A stretch of DNA of 64,000 bases from Armatimonadota bacterium (GCA_041690135.1 JAWLHY010000005.1:371261-435260); one strand, 5' to 3'. Counted from the first letter of the stretch, positions 1-10,397 are shown. Numbers and translations are program-made. The notes: generated by a model not told the origin, from the sequence alone.

Positions 1-1335
1 ATCCAGTTCCGCCCGCCGGCGGGCTAAAACCTGCGCGATCTCTTCCGCAAGGGCGGGCCGCGCCAGCAGCACTTCGCGGAAGGCTGCTTTTTCCAGGCGA
101 AGGCACACGACGTCGGTGGCTGCGCGGACGGTGGCGCTGCGCGGCTCACCGGTCATCAGGCCCATTTCCCCAAAGAAACTGCCCGGAGCAAGCTCCGCCA
201 CACGACTGGCATCCCCTGCGACACTGGAGACCAGAACATCGGCAGTGCCGGAAACCAGGATAAACAGACAGTCCGCCGTCTCTCCTTGCCGGGCGATGAT
301 TTCCCCACTTCGGAAGGGAGAGGATTGGAGCCGCGCGGCCAGCCCCTGCAGTTCTTCGAGATGTAGACCAGTGAAGAGCTCCACGGAGCGGAGGGCGTGG
401 AGACGTTCCTCGATTTCCTTCGCCGCCTTATCGCTCTTCCGTTCCGGGGTCTCCTGTGTCAGAAAGACGGCCTGGGCGGGGATGGAGAGCCCAATACCCG
501 CCCGCCGCAGCGCGAAGTAGACGTGGGTGCGGACCTCCGAGTCGACCGCGTCGTCCCCGGTGAGGTCCGTGAGCCAGTAGCGGGCGGCGTAACACCCGAA
601 GCTATGTTCGAAGCTCAGGAGAAGGCAGTTGGGCGGAGGCTCGGTGGCCACGGCCCGGATGCGCGCGTTTTGTAGAGCCCTGCTCACGACCTCCATCACC
701 TGGCTGGGCGGAACGCGGTAATCGACGTTGAACCGGACGGTCCTTCGCAACTGCACGGGTTGTCCCTGGCGCCGGCCCAGCACCAGGAAACGGTTCTTGA
801 CCAGTACGCCGTTCGGGATGACCACCGTTTCCCAATCGCGCGTCTCCAGCGAGGTATGGCGCCAGCGGATCTCGACAACGCGGCCCACGAGATCGTCCAC
901 CTGGATCCAGTCTCCCACCCGGATCGACTGGTCGAACTGAATGGCTACTCCGCCCAGGATGTTGCCGAGAGTGTCCTGGAGGGAGAGCCCGATGACGGCG
1001 GTGACCACCGCGGAGGTAGCGACCAAGCCGGCAACATTGACCCCGTTTTCCCGGAGCCAGATGAAGGACCACACGACGGCCGCGGTGGCGACGACCACCT
1101 CTTCCACGATCCGGGGTAGGGTCATCCGCGCCGCCGGAAGGGTCACGCGGAATATGGCCACTCCCAGCAGCCGAATGATGCAGAACCCTTCCAGGAAGAC
1201 GCAGGTCCAGCGCAGATAGCGAGCCGTGGACGATCCGGACCCGAAGAGGGGGTTCGCGGCCTCCAAACCGGCAATTGCCAGCAAGAATGCAGCCGCGATC
1301 ATGGGCAGGGTGCGGTCGCCGGACTTTCGAGTCAT
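1..1335 (-). CDS. MscS-family mechanosensitive channel with C-terminal cyclic-nucleotide-binding domain (3'-partial, runs off the window)
   Basis: Manual translation from ATG 1335 (absent from the ORF track because there is no stop in the window). TM helices, IGLSLQDTLGNILGG..IRVGDWI (MscS), and FFGEMGLMTGEPRSATVRA (cNMP-binding). Confidence 0.9.
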   Translation of the reverse strand, partial: MTRKSGDRTLPMIAAAFLLAIAGLEAANPLFGSGSSTARYLRWTCVFLEGFCIIRLLGVAIFRVTLPAARMTLPRIVEEVVVATAAVVWSFIWLRENGVNVAGLVATSAVVTAVIGLSLQDTLGNILGGVAIQFDQSIRVGDWIQVDDLVGRVVEIRWRHTSLETRDWETVVIPNGVLVKNRFLVLGRRQGQPVQLRRTVRFNVDYRVPPSQVMEVVSRALQNARIRAVATEPPPNCLLLSFEHSFGCYAARYWLTDLTGDDAVDSEVRTHVYFALRRAGIGLSIPAQAVFLTQETPERKSDKAAKEIEERLHALRSVELFTGLHLEELQGLAARLQSSPFRSGEIIARQGETADCLFILVSGTADVLVSSVAGDASRVAELAPGSFFGEMGLMTGEPRSATVRAATDVVCLRLEKAAFREVLLARPALAEEIAQVLARRRAELD

Positions 1336-1632
1336 CCCCCACAGCAGGGCCGCCAGAAGCAGGACGCCGACCACCATCGGCAGCCGGCCATCGGACAGCG
1401 CACCAGGGACACCATTTGCGGCGGCGAGTGGCATCGGTTACCTTTGCTATGGAAGAGGACGAGGGGCTGCTCTGCCCCGCGAGCGGTGTCCGTGTAGTGC
1501 GCGATCGCGGCGCCGGTGGAGGTTGAGGGACGCTCCCTCCGGGTACAGCCAGGAGGAAATTGCCACAAACAGAAGGGCAGACCACGGGTTAATACGATGG
1601 GAACTCACAGGGAGTATGCGCGGTCGGGAGTG

Positions 1633-2400
1633 ATGGAGCAAACGGAGGCCGCAGAGCTTTCGCAAGACTGTCCGGACACGGAGAGGCTTCCCGGGCGCGA
1701 GGGGGCATTGGGACCAAGCCTACCCTCCAGGGAACTCTATCTCCCTGGAGCGCCGGAGGTCGAGGAGTGGGTACGCTGGGCGCTTGACAGTCGCTCTCCT
1801 GGGCTGATGGTGGGCCGGTTCCGGCAGTCGGGAGCGATCGCCGAATATCCGGAGATCGCGGCCCTCATTGACGTGCCGCAGGACCCGGAGTGGCACCCGG
1901 AGGGTCCGGTCGACGTGCATACCTGCCATGTCCTCAATGCCGCCGCGGAGATCGCGTCGCGCGAGGGCCTGGAGCGTGAGGAGCGCCTCATCCTGGTTCT
2001 TTCCGCCTTGAGCCACGATTTCGGCAAGGCACACACCACCCAGCTTCGGCGCAAGGGACACCAGATGCGCTGGACCTCCTACGGTCACGAAGCCGTAGGT
2101 GGACCCATCGCCGCGCGTTTCCTGCGCCGCATCGGGTTCACCGAGGAATTAATCGGGATCATCGTGCCGCTGGTCAAGAACCACATGGCCTACCGGGACT
2201 ACCGGGAAACGCATACGGGCGCCAGGACGGTGCGGCGGCTAGCGCAGCGGTTGGCACCCGCCACACTGCGCCAGTTGGGTTACCTGATCGAGGCCGACCA
2301 TTCGGGGCGCCCTCCCCTGCCCAAGCAGCTTCCGGATGCGGCGAAACGGATGTTGAAGTTGGCGGAGAAGAGCGGCGTTCTGGACGGGGTTGGGAGTTAA
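1633..2400 (+). CDS. HD-domain phosphohydrolase resembling the HD region of multifunctional CCA enzymes
   Basis: Motifs VPQDPEWHPEGPVDVHT, LSHDFGK, GHEAVG, VKNHM, EADHSGR. Start moved to ATG 1633 after GGGAG. Confidence 0.8.
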   Translation: MEQTEAAELSQDCPDTERLPGREGALGPSLPSRELYLPGAPEVEEWVRWALDSRSPGLMVGRFRQSGAIAEYPEIAALIDVPQDPEWHPEGPVDVHTCHVLNAAAEIASREGLEREERLILVLSALSHDFGKAHTTQLRRKGHQMRWTSYGHEAVGGPIAARFLRRIGFTEELIGIIVPLVKNHMAYRDYRETHTGARTVRRLAQRLAPATLRQLGYLIEADHSGRPPLPKQLPDAAKRMLKLAEKSGVLDGVGS

Positions 2401-2795
2401 AGGGTTGCATTCGGCAAGTATGGTTCAAATTTCGTGTGCGGCATCGCAGACAGCGCTGGAATGGTTCGGATCCAAGACGAACATCTGAAGACCCGGATGG
2501 TAGGGAATGCGACGTACACCCGGCGCAGCTAGGGCCGCTTCATTCCGCAGTCGACAAATAAGACCCCGTCCTGCCAAACCGGAACCACATCGGAGTTCGT
2601 GCCACCACGATTTGGCAGAACGGGATTAGCCACAGGGCGGCGGAACGCTACGGCGAGACGTTCCCTACCGATATACGGGCGCCCGTGAGTTCTCAACCAC
2701 GCACCCCGTGTTTGCTCGTTATCGAAAAAGCGTCAAATCACGGCCCGGCTGAGCGGGCACGCTGAAGCAAAGACACCACGAATGTGGAGGGAACC

Positions 2796-3017
2796 ATGGA
2801 ACAGCGTATCGTTCAGCCTACACCTGTCGTCGTTTCCGGGCGCACCGCCGTGCCCACGAAGGAAGAAGCTCGGGCCGCACATCAGTCCCACGTGATGGAC
2901 TGGATACTCGGAATTGCCGCCATCGTTACCGGGTGGGTCATCGTCGTCAGTTGGCTCGTCTTGTTCCTCTGGGCCTGTGGCGGCTGGAGAATCCTGACCG
3001 GCTCCTGGCTTCGCTAA
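2796..3017 (+). CDS. small membrane protein
   Basis: GGAGG RBS before the ATG and one long hydrophobic segment (WILGIAAIVTGWVIVVSWLVLFLW). Confidence 0.6.
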   Translation: MEQRIVQPTPVVVSGRTAVPTKEEARAAHQSHVMDWILGIAAIVTGWVIVVSWLVLFLWACGGWRILTGSWLR

Positions 3018-3113
3018 GTGCTTCGGAGCCGGCGCTTGGGGTACAGTGCGCCTAACGCCGGCTCCGAACCCGGCTCGGCAGGCGGGTTCCCGTCTGCCTG
3101 TTGTATGGAGCGT

Positions 3114-3707
3114 TTACCGCGCCGGTTGGCCGTCCGTTGCCGGCTTCCGCATGCGTGGCGTGGTACCCATCCTTTCCACCATGAGAACGGGCTTGCCCTC
3201 CCAGGCCACGAACTCCGTGCCGGTCAGGTTCGCCGCCGGTACGTCCTGGGCGAAGTCCATCCGGACCAGCCGGCGGACCGTTCCCGTAACCTGCACGATG
3301 TCGTCATCGACGAGGTACTCGTTCTCCGGCCGGTTCGGCATACTCGGAAAGCCCTTGGGGCTGATGACCAGTAGTTCTCCCGGTGGCAGGAACTCCTCGC
3401 CGCCGAGGGTGAAGGCGTGCGCATTGATCACGTCGTTGACTTCGCCGGCGATCGTCACTACTCGCCCCTCGTACTGCTCGGGATTATCGAGCAACTCGCC
3501 CAGACCCACGCTCAGCGGCGCAGTACCCGGAGGCGCCTGACCGATCTGGCTCTCGGCCTCGACGGGGGTTTCGCGGGGCTGGCAGGCACTCAGCATGAGG
3601 GGGCACAGGGCCAGTGCCGTTGTAACCAGCCCACGGTGGAGCCACGTCCCGCGTACGCCTCGTTTTCGGTAACCCAACCGCTCTCCGCCCCTCATCCTCG
3701 ACAACAT
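3114..3707 (-). CDS. hypothetical lipoprotein (OB-fold-like)
   Basis: AGGAGG RBS, lipobox LSAC, and ELLDNPEQYEGRVVTIAGEV..VQVTGTV. Confidence 0.7.
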   Translation of the reverse strand: MLSRMRGGERLGYRKRGVRGTWLHRGLVTTALALCPLMLSACQPRETPVEAESQIGQAPPGTAPLSVGLGELLDNPEQYEGRVVTIAGEVNDVINAHAFTLGGEEFLPPGELLVISPKGFPSMPNRPENEYLVDDDIVQVTGTVRRLVRMDFAQDVPAANLTGTEFVAWEGKPVLMVERMGTTPRMRKPATDGQPAR

Positions 3708-3758
3708 CTCTTCACTTCCTCCTGCTTCGCGTGGTTTGCCCTTTGCTTTTCTGCACCG

Positions 3759-4748
3759 CTATTCCGTGAGTGTGATGACCTCGTCCGCGACGTAGTTGCC
3801 GTTTTCGAGCGCCGTGACGAACATTCCCCGCACCACGTAGCGTCCCGGTTGGACCGGCTGCCCCGCGTTGTTCCGCATGTTCCAGAGCGCGGTGTAGATG
3901 ATCTCCTCGTCCGGCTCCAGCGTGCGCTGCTGCAGGATCTGGATAAATGCCTTCTCGTGCGCCCAGTTCCAGACCAGTTCGCCGTTGCGATAGATGCGGA
4001 AGTCGAACTGCTGGCCGCCCATGGGGATCTGCAGCGTTCGGTTACTCGTGTTCCGCACCACGACCCGCAGTGGAATGCCGCGGCCGCGGTCCAGGTCGTA
4101 AGTGTCGCTGCGCAGCTCCGTCTCCACCTGGATAGCCTGGGCCAACTGGCGCGAGGTCAGCGGAGCGTTCGCGTTCGGCTGCGGTTCTGCCTGGGGTTGG
4201 CGCGGCTGTGCGGGCTGCGGCGTCTCCGGGGTTTCCGGGGCCGCAGGCTGCGTTTGCTCCTGTCGCGTGCCCGCGACCCGCTCCGATTGGATATAGACCG
4301 CCGGTGTGGTGGCAGAATAGCGGACGTCCGCCTTGAGCGCTTCGGAGGCGAAACGCAGCGGCACGAACACGCGCCCGTCCGCGATGAGCGAAGGTACGTC
4401 GAGCGTGTAGGTGCCTGTTATGCTTCCCCAGTTTCCGGGGCCCGGCGCGGCGCTCATATCCATGGTCTGCGCGCGGGCAGCCCCCACGGGAAGCCGGACT
4501 CCGGTGCCGTCGGGTTGCCATGCATAGACGGCGCGCTGTTCGGGGTCCCACTCCACTCGCGCGCCGATCGACTCGAAGAGGGCGCGCATCGGTACCACCG
4601 TGCGGGCGACTTCGTTGACCATCTGGGCGTTCGTCGAGAGCCGCTCTCCGTTTACGAAGACCGGAATGGTTTGCGCGCTGGAGGCCTGTCCGCTCCCCAG
4701 GGCCAGCGCGACACCAGCGGCGAGGGCCCATTGCGTTTGCGTTTGCAT
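3759..4748 (-). CDS. secreted protein: copper amine oxidase N-terminal (stalk) domain plus BsuPI-like proteinase-inhibitor domain
   Basis: Signal peptide; VPMRALFESIGARVEWD and GRVFVPLRFASEAL (stalk domain); GQQFDF..WNWAHEKAFIQ..WN..PGRY (BsuPI-like). GGAG RBS before ATG 4748. Confidence 0.8.
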   Translation of the reverse strand: MQTQTQWALAAGVALALGSGQASSAQTIPVFVNGERLSTNAQMVNEVARTVVPMRALFESIGARVEWDPEQRAVYAWQPDGTGVRLPVGAARAQTMDMSAAPGPGNWGSITGTYTLDVPSLIADGRVFVPLRFASEALKADVRYSATTPAVYIQSERVAGTRQEQTQPAAPETPETPQPAQPRQPQAEPQPNANAPLTSRQLAQAIQVETELRSDTYDLDRGRGIPLRVVVRNTSNRTLQIPMGGQQFDFRIYRNGELVWNWAHEKAFIQILQQRTLEPDEEIIYTALWNMRNNAGQPVQPGRYVVRGMFVTALENGNYVADEVITLTE

Positions 4749-5014
4749 CACTTTCACTCCCTGCGCCGCTTCGCTGCTTCCGAGCAGTAACAACCTTCTC
4801 GGATGGACGGCGCTCCGGTCCCGTTTACCCAGGAGTGTCCCGACCGAAGCTTCGCCGACTTTTAGACCCATCGGTAGACGGCATAGGGCCTGGAGGATTG
4901 GCGGCCAGGAGGCGGGAAGTGTATGAAACGACAGGTTGAGGGTTCCGGTCCGCACCGGCGCGGGCCGAGGCGATTCGGTGGGCGTCCGTTGACGCCGGAC
5001 ACAGGAGAGCACGG

Positions 5015-6418
5015 ATGAGTGAGCGAGTGACGCGGCGGGAGTTGCTGGGCCAGGCGGGTCGCTCCGCGGCGACCGTGGGTGTGGTGGGTGTGGCGGGCGC
5101 GGTTACGGCCTCCGCGGCGCATGCCCAGGGTGCGGGCGGCGCACGTGAAGTGAAGAACGGCAAGCTCCAGGCGGCCCTGATTGGGTGCGGCGGCATGGGG
5201 CGCGGCAACATGAACAACTTGATCTCCCACAGGGGCGAGATCGTGGCCGTGTGCGACGTCGACTCCGAGAACATGGCGCGAGCCGCCGCCGATGCGGAGA
5301 AGCGCCAGGGACGCCGGCCGGCGGAGATCAAGGACTTCCGGAAGCTGCTGGAGCGGAAGGACATCGACGCGGTGATCATCGCCACGCCGGACCACTGGCA
5401 CGCGCTGCCCTTTATCTATGCGTGCGAGGCCGGCAAGGACATCCTGTGCGAAAAGCCGATCTCCCACAACATCGAGGAAGGGCGCGCCATGGTGGCCGCG
5501 GCCCGGAAGTACGGCCGGATCTGCCAGGTGAACACCTGGCAGCGCAGCAACAAGGACTTCGTGGACGCCGTCCACTACATCCGCTCCGGCAAGCTGGGCA
5601 AAGTGACCACGGTCCGCGCCTGGAAGACCGACTGGTTTTCGATGGGCAAGAACACGCCCCAACCGGTTCCCTCCAACCTGGACTGGGACTTCTACCTCGG
5701 TCCGGCGGAAAAGGTCCCCTATACCGGCAAGAACGGCCACTTTAACTGGCGCTGGTACTTCAACACCGCGGGCGGCAATACCGGCGACTGGGGCGTGCAT
5801 ATGATCGACATCGGGCTCCTCGCCATGAGCCCGGATACCGACCTGGTGATGCCGACGCACGTCTCCAGCTTCGGCGGCAAGTTCACCTCCGGGGCGGATG
5901 ACGACCGCACAACGCCCGACACCCAGGTGGCCATTTTCCAGTTCCCGGAGTTCGTGCTGCACTGGCAGACCGGTCGCCGCGGCCTGGAGTACGGCTACGG
6001 AAAGCACGTCCCGGCGGGGGATGGCGGTCCGAAGCGAGACGCCCAGGACATCCTGGATAACGGCACGGCCTTCATCGCCGCCGACGGGAAGAGCCTGGTC
6101 GTCTGGCGCGGCGGCTGGATGGTCCGGGACGCGCAGGGCAACGAGCTGCCGAAGGTTTACGACGAGAGCTTCCCCCACCACGACCACATGCGCGACTGGA
6201 TGGAGTGCATCCAATCCCGGAAGCAACCACGCAGCAACATCTACTCCATGTACCAGACCACGGCGGTCTGCCACCTGGCGAACGCCGCCTTCGTCTCCGG
6301 CGAAGTCGTCCGCTGGGACAAGGCCAAGGACGACATCGTCGGCAAAGCCGGCAAGAATACCCTCCCCTACGCCCGCGAATACCGCAAACCCTGGAAACTC
6401 CCCCTGCATCGGGGTTAG
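5015..6418 (+). CDS. Tat-exported Gfo/Idh/MocA oxidoreductase
   Basis: TRRELL Tat motif, IGCGGMG, IATPDHWH, CEKP, DWGVHMID. Confidence 0.92.
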   Translation: MSERVTRRELLGQAGRSAATVGVVGVAGAVTASAAHAQGAGGAREVKNGKLQAALIGCGGMGRGNMNNLISHRGEIVAVCDVDSENMARAAADAEKRQGRRPAEIKDFRKLLERKDIDAVIIATPDHWHALPFIYACEAGKDILCEKPISHNIEEGRAMVAAARKYGRICQVNTWQRSNKDFVDAVHYIRSGKLGKVTTVRAWKTDWFSMGKNTPQPVPSNLDWDFYLGPAEKVPYTGKNGHFNWRWYFNTAGGNTGDWGVHMIDIGLLAMSPDTDLVMPTHVSSFGGKFTSGADDDRTTPDTQVAIFQFPEFVLHWQTGRRGLEYGYGKHVPAGDGGPKRDAQDILDNGTAFIAADGKSLVVWRGGWMVRDAQGNELPKVYDESFPHHDHMRDWMECIQSRKQPRSNIYSMYQTTAVCHLANAAFVSGEVVRWDKAKDDIVGKAGKNTLPYAREYRKPWKLPLHRG

Positions 6419-6429
6419 GGGACACGGAT

Positions 6430-6876
6430 TCACCGCGGAGATGGCCCAAAGGGCACCCCAGGACGCAGAGCCGACGCAGAGGGGCGGAGAGGTTCTCGGG
6501 GCGGAGAATAGCAAGTTAGGTTCGCTGGGTCCAGTTCTGACTGAACGCTAAACTCAAGACGCCTTCTGCTCGCAACTGGCACCCTGAACAAACAGAGTGG
6601 GAAGCCGCTGGCGGCCACGCTCCAAGCGCAAGTAACGCTGGTGGCGTGGCCGCTTTCGTGCTTGGTCCCAAACTGGCGTGGACATGTTCACTAGGCAGCA
6701 CGTCGAAAAACTCCACCCCCTGAATTACTCGCGCTCCTCCGTCTTCTCAAGTCGCTTTCCGCGTGTTCTCACGCGGAAATAGAAGGTTCCTCAATTCCGC
6801 GATCTTGTGCAGCGCTCAGCCAATTCCCTCAATTTCCCCTCTGCGTCCCCTCTGCGCACTCTGCGTCTCTGCGGTT
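6430..6876. repeat. MITE/REP-like element with imperfect inverted ends of the ACCGCAGAGACGCAGAG family
   Basis: Left end caccgcggag..gacgcagag..gacgcagagggg. Right end ctctgcgtc..ctctgcgtctctgcggtt is the reverse complement of the same family. Confidence 0.55.
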
Positions 6877-7042
6877 GAGACTGCCGGGAGCCCACAGCGA
6901 GTTTCATTGCCGAGGGGGGCCGGGAACAGTGGAACGACGGACGCACTGACTACGGCTGCCCACGCTGTCGCCGGCCTGATTGCCGGAGAAGAAGACTCGC
7001 GTCCGCTCTTTCCATCCGGCGCGGGCGAAGGAGTGGAGATAC

Positions 7043-7549
7043 GTGCGGTACCAGCGATTCGGCAACCAGTACGTGCTGCGACTGATGCCTGGTGAAGAGG
7101 TGATGGCCACGTTGTGCGACTTCGTGGAGCGCGAAGAGATCCCCGGCGGCTACTTCGTGGCGTTCGGCGCGTTCGAGCGGGTCTGCCTGCAGTACTTCGA
7201 CATCCAGCAGAAGCAGTACCACGATAACCCCATCGATCGGCAGGTCGAGGTGGTGAGCCTGATGGGCAATATCGCCTGGCAGGACGCTCGCCCGAAGCTC
7301 CATATCCACGGAGCGTTTGGTGACGGACAGGCCAATACCTGTAGCGGACACGTTGCCTCGGGGATCGTCCGGCCCACCCTGGAGGTCTTCCTGACCCGGT
7401 TCGACGGCCAGGTGCGGCGTGAGAAGGATCGGGAGACCGGGCTGGACCTCCTCGCCCTGCCGCGCGATACCTCGGAACGCGACGGTCAGGAAACGGATGA
7501 GGAAAGCGAGTCGATCACCCTGACCGGCCTGGGGCCCTACAGCCCATAG
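7043..7549 (+). CDS. PPC/DUF296 domain protein
   Basis: LRLMPGEEV, EVVSLMGNI, LHIHG, SGHV, PTLEVF. AAGGAG precedes GTG 7043. Confidence 0.88.
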   Translation: MRYQRFGNQYVLRLMPGEEVMATLCDFVEREEIPGGYFVAFGAFERVCLQYFDIQQKQYHDNPIDRQVEVVSLMGNIAWQDARPKLHIHGAFGDGQANTCSGHVASGIVRPTLEVFLTRFDGQVRREKDRETGLDLLALPRDTSERDGQETDEESESITLTGLGPYSP

Positions 7550-7661
7550 GGGGTGTGGGGGTGTGGAAGTTCGGATGTAGGGGCAAGGGGTGGATGGAGC
7601 CATCCGATCGGGGTGAGCCGGTGGCGGACGCGTGGTGAGAGTTTTTGCAAAGGAGAGAGAG

Positions 7662-9416
7662 ATGGCGAAGACGGCGGCGGATGTGATGGTCGAGGCCCTC
7701 CACGATTGGGGAGTGGAAGTGATTTTCGGGCTTCCGGGGGACGGGATCAACGGGCTCATGGAGGCGCTGCGCACGCGTCAGGACAAGATTCGGTTCGTCC
7801 AGGTGCGGCATGAAGAGTCGGCGGCGTTCATGGCGTGCGGGTACGCCAAGTACACCGGGAAGCTGGGCTGCTGCCTGGCGACCTCCGGTCCCGGCGGCAT
7901 CCACCTGATGAACGGCCTTTATGATGCCAAGATGGACGGGCAGCCGGTGCTGGCGATCACCGGGCATCACTACCACGACCTGATCGACACGCATGCGCAG
8001 CAGGATATCAACCTCGACCAGGTGCTTCAGGACTGTTGTGTCTACAGCACCCGGGTGATGGGTCCGGCCCATGTACCGCACGTGACCGACATCGCCTGCC
8101 GGGCTGCGCTCACGAAGCGGCAGCCTGCCCATATCAACTTCCCGGTCGACTTCCAGGACATGGCGTGCGACCAGGGCGAGCCATCCAAGCGCGGCAAGCA
8201 GTACCAGACCTCGGACGTGCTGGCGTGCAAGGCGGGCCAGCCCGCGGATGAGGACTTGAAGCGCGCCGCCGAGATCATCAACAAGGGCAAGAAGATTGTG
8301 ATCCTGGCGGGGCGTGGGGCGCTCGGGGCGGGCGATGAGCTGGAGCGCCTGGCGGACCTGCTGGCGGCCCCGATCGTAAAGGCGCTGCTGGGAAAGAACG
8401 TGGTCCCGGACGACAGCGAGTACACGACCGGCGGTCTCGGCTTGCTCGGCACGGCCCCCTCCCAGGAAGCCATCGAGAAATGCGATCTGCTCCTGATGGT
8501 GGGCACGTCGTTCCCGTACATCGAGTACTACCCGAAGCCCGACCAGGCCAAGGCGGTCCAGATCGACATCGATCCGCTCCGGATCGGCCTCCGGTACCCC
8601 GTGGATGCCGGCCTGGTGGGCGACGCCAAGATAACGCTCCAGAGGCTCATTCCGCTCCTCAAGCGCAACCGCAACCGGCGCTTCCTGGAGGAAGCCCAGG
8701 ACGGCATGGCGCAGTGGTGGAAGCTGATGGACGAGCGCGCCAGCCACATGGGCAAGCCGATGAAGCCGCAGGTGGTGGCGGCCGAATTGAGCAAGCGCCT
8801 GCGAGACGACGCCATCGTCTCCTCGGACAGCGGCACCATCGCCACCTGGTTCGCGCGCCACATCAAAGCCCGCAAGGGGCAGATGTATTCCCTATCGGGA
8901 ACCCTGGCCTCGATGGCGAACGGGCTTCCCTACACGATCGCCGCGCAGATCGCCTATCCCGAGCGGCAGTGCGTGGCCTTCGTGGGAGACGGCGGCTTCT
9001 CCATGCTGATGGCCGACTTCGTGACGGCGGTGAAGTACCAGCTCCCGATCAAGGTCGTCATCATCAAGAACAATAGCCTGGGCCAGATCAAGTGGGAGCA
9101 GATGGTCTTCCTGGGCAACCCGGAGTACGGCTGCGAGCTCCAGCCGATCGACTTCGCCGGCTTTGCCCGGGTGTGCGGCGGCAGCGGATTCACGATCGAG
9201 GATCCCAAGCAGTGCGGCGATATTCTCGATCAGGCTCTCGCCGTACCGGGCCCGGTGGTGATCGAGGCGGTAGTCGACCCGTTCGAGCCGCCGATGCCCG
9301 GAAAGATCGAGCCGGAGCAGGCGCTCAAGTTCGGCCAGTCGCTCCTGCGGGGCGAGCCCAACCGCGAGAAGATCGCGATGACCGTCCTCGCGGACAAGGT
9401 GCGCGAGCTGGTCTAG
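7662..9416 (+). CDS. thiamine-diphosphate-dependent pyruvate oxidase/dehydrogenase (PoxB-like)
   Basis: FGLPGDGIN, VRHEESAAFMA, TSGPGGIHLMNGLYDA, and the TPP motif GDGGFSM..NN. Confidence 0.9.
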   Translation: MAKTAADVMVEALHDWGVEVIFGLPGDGINGLMEALRTRQDKIRFVQVRHEESAAFMACGYAKYTGKLGCCLATSGPGGIHLMNGLYDAKMDGQPVLAITGHHYHDLIDTHAQQDINLDQVLQDCCVYSTRVMGPAHVPHVTDIACRAALTKRQPAHINFPVDFQDMACDQGEPSKRGKQYQTSDVLACKAGQPADEDLKRAAEIINKGKKIVILAGRGALGAGDELERLADLLAAPIVKALLGKNVVPDDSEYTTGGLGLLGTAPSQEAIEKCDLLLMVGTSFPYIEYYPKPDQAKAVQIDIDPLRIGLRYPVDAGLVGDAKITLQRLIPLLKRNRNRRFLEEAQDGMAQWWKLMDERASHMGKPMKPQVVAAELSKRLRDDAIVSSDSGTIATWFARHIKARKGQMYSLSGTLASMANGLPYTIAAQIAYPERQCVAFVGDGGFSMLMADFVTAVKYQLPIKVVIIKNNSLGQIKWEQMVFLGNPEYGCELQPIDFAGFARVCGGSGFTIEDPKQCGDILDQALAVPGPVVIEAVVDPFEPPMPGKIEPEQALKFGQSLLRGEPNREKIAMTVLADKVRELV

Positions 9417-9790
9417 GGATTGCGGAAGTTAAGGGAACCGTGTTTTGCCCGCGGAACACGCGGAATTACGCGGAAAAAGACGCAGGAAGGTCGGTTGGCA
9501 TCGAGGGGGGAGTATCCGGCAAACTCCTTGGCGGATACTCCCTCCCTCTCCCCTTCGAACGGGTAAGGTCAGTCAGTGGTCAGCACCAGTTCTGGATGGA
9601 CCGCAGAGCGAAGGGGTCATTACGGAGTCCCGCTGCGAGGCGGGCCTTCGCGATGGGGGTGTGCGGATCCCGTGAGGGTGAGTGGATTAACGCTTGGCCC
9701 TATTCAGGGTGTAGTTTTAACGGTCAGCCTGGGGGGCGCATCGCATTGGTGGCGCGGAGGCCCACACGGCCCTGTCCCGTACTCCGTCAA

Positions 9791-10130
9791 CGGGATCCGG
9801 ACGCGGTGGGCGCGAAGGCCCGCCTCCCAGCGGGACTCCGTCAGGGGGCGCGACTGGTCACCAACGGCAAGACGGGCAGCGGGTTCAGGTATCGCCAGTG
9901 GGGGAGCCGGTGTTGGGTCGCTGGTGGTGCTTGGGAGGCAGGACGGGATCCGGAGTATAGGTTCGCGAGGGCCCGCCTCCCAGCGGGACTCCGTTAGGGG
10001 GCGCGACAAGGCACCAACGGCCAAACGGGCAGCGGGTTTGGGTAGCGCCGCTTGGGGATCCGGTGGCAGTTTGTTGGTGGCGGTCGGGAGGCAGGACCTG
10101 ATCCGGGGCGATGGGCGCGAAGGCCCACGT
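9791..10130. repeat. 153-bp degenerate tandem repeat (~2.2 copies)
   Basis: Units start at 9791, 9944 and 10097. The first two share gcccgcctcccagcgggactccgt(c/t)agggggcgcgac. Confidence 0.85.
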
Positions 10131-10268
10131 CCACATTCAGGGGTACCCGGCACCCGGCAGCGAGACTCCGCAACAGGGCACCAACTGTCGGGACTGGTGC
10201 AGGCGCCCACCGTCGCAAACCGGAAGGCGGGCGCTTGACGTGCTCTGAACGCGGACAGAGGATCTGTC

Positions 10269-10397
10269 CTAAAAGATGACCGTGAGCAGGTAAATCAAAC
10301 CGAAGAGGACCACCGCGGCCAGCAGGCCGAGGAGGGCGATCCGGTAGCCGATTCCGCGGCCCGGCATCTGGTCTTCCGGCGGTCGTATCTGGCTCAT
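10269..10397 (-). CDS. 42-aa single-TM small protein
   Basis: Manual translation MSQIRPPEDQMPGRGIGYRIALLGLLAAVVLFGLIYLLTVIF, with a purine-rich AAGGAAGGA RBS. Confidence 0.6.
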   Translation of the reverse strand: MSQIRPPEDQMPGRGIGYRIALLGLLAAVVLFGLIYLLTVIF

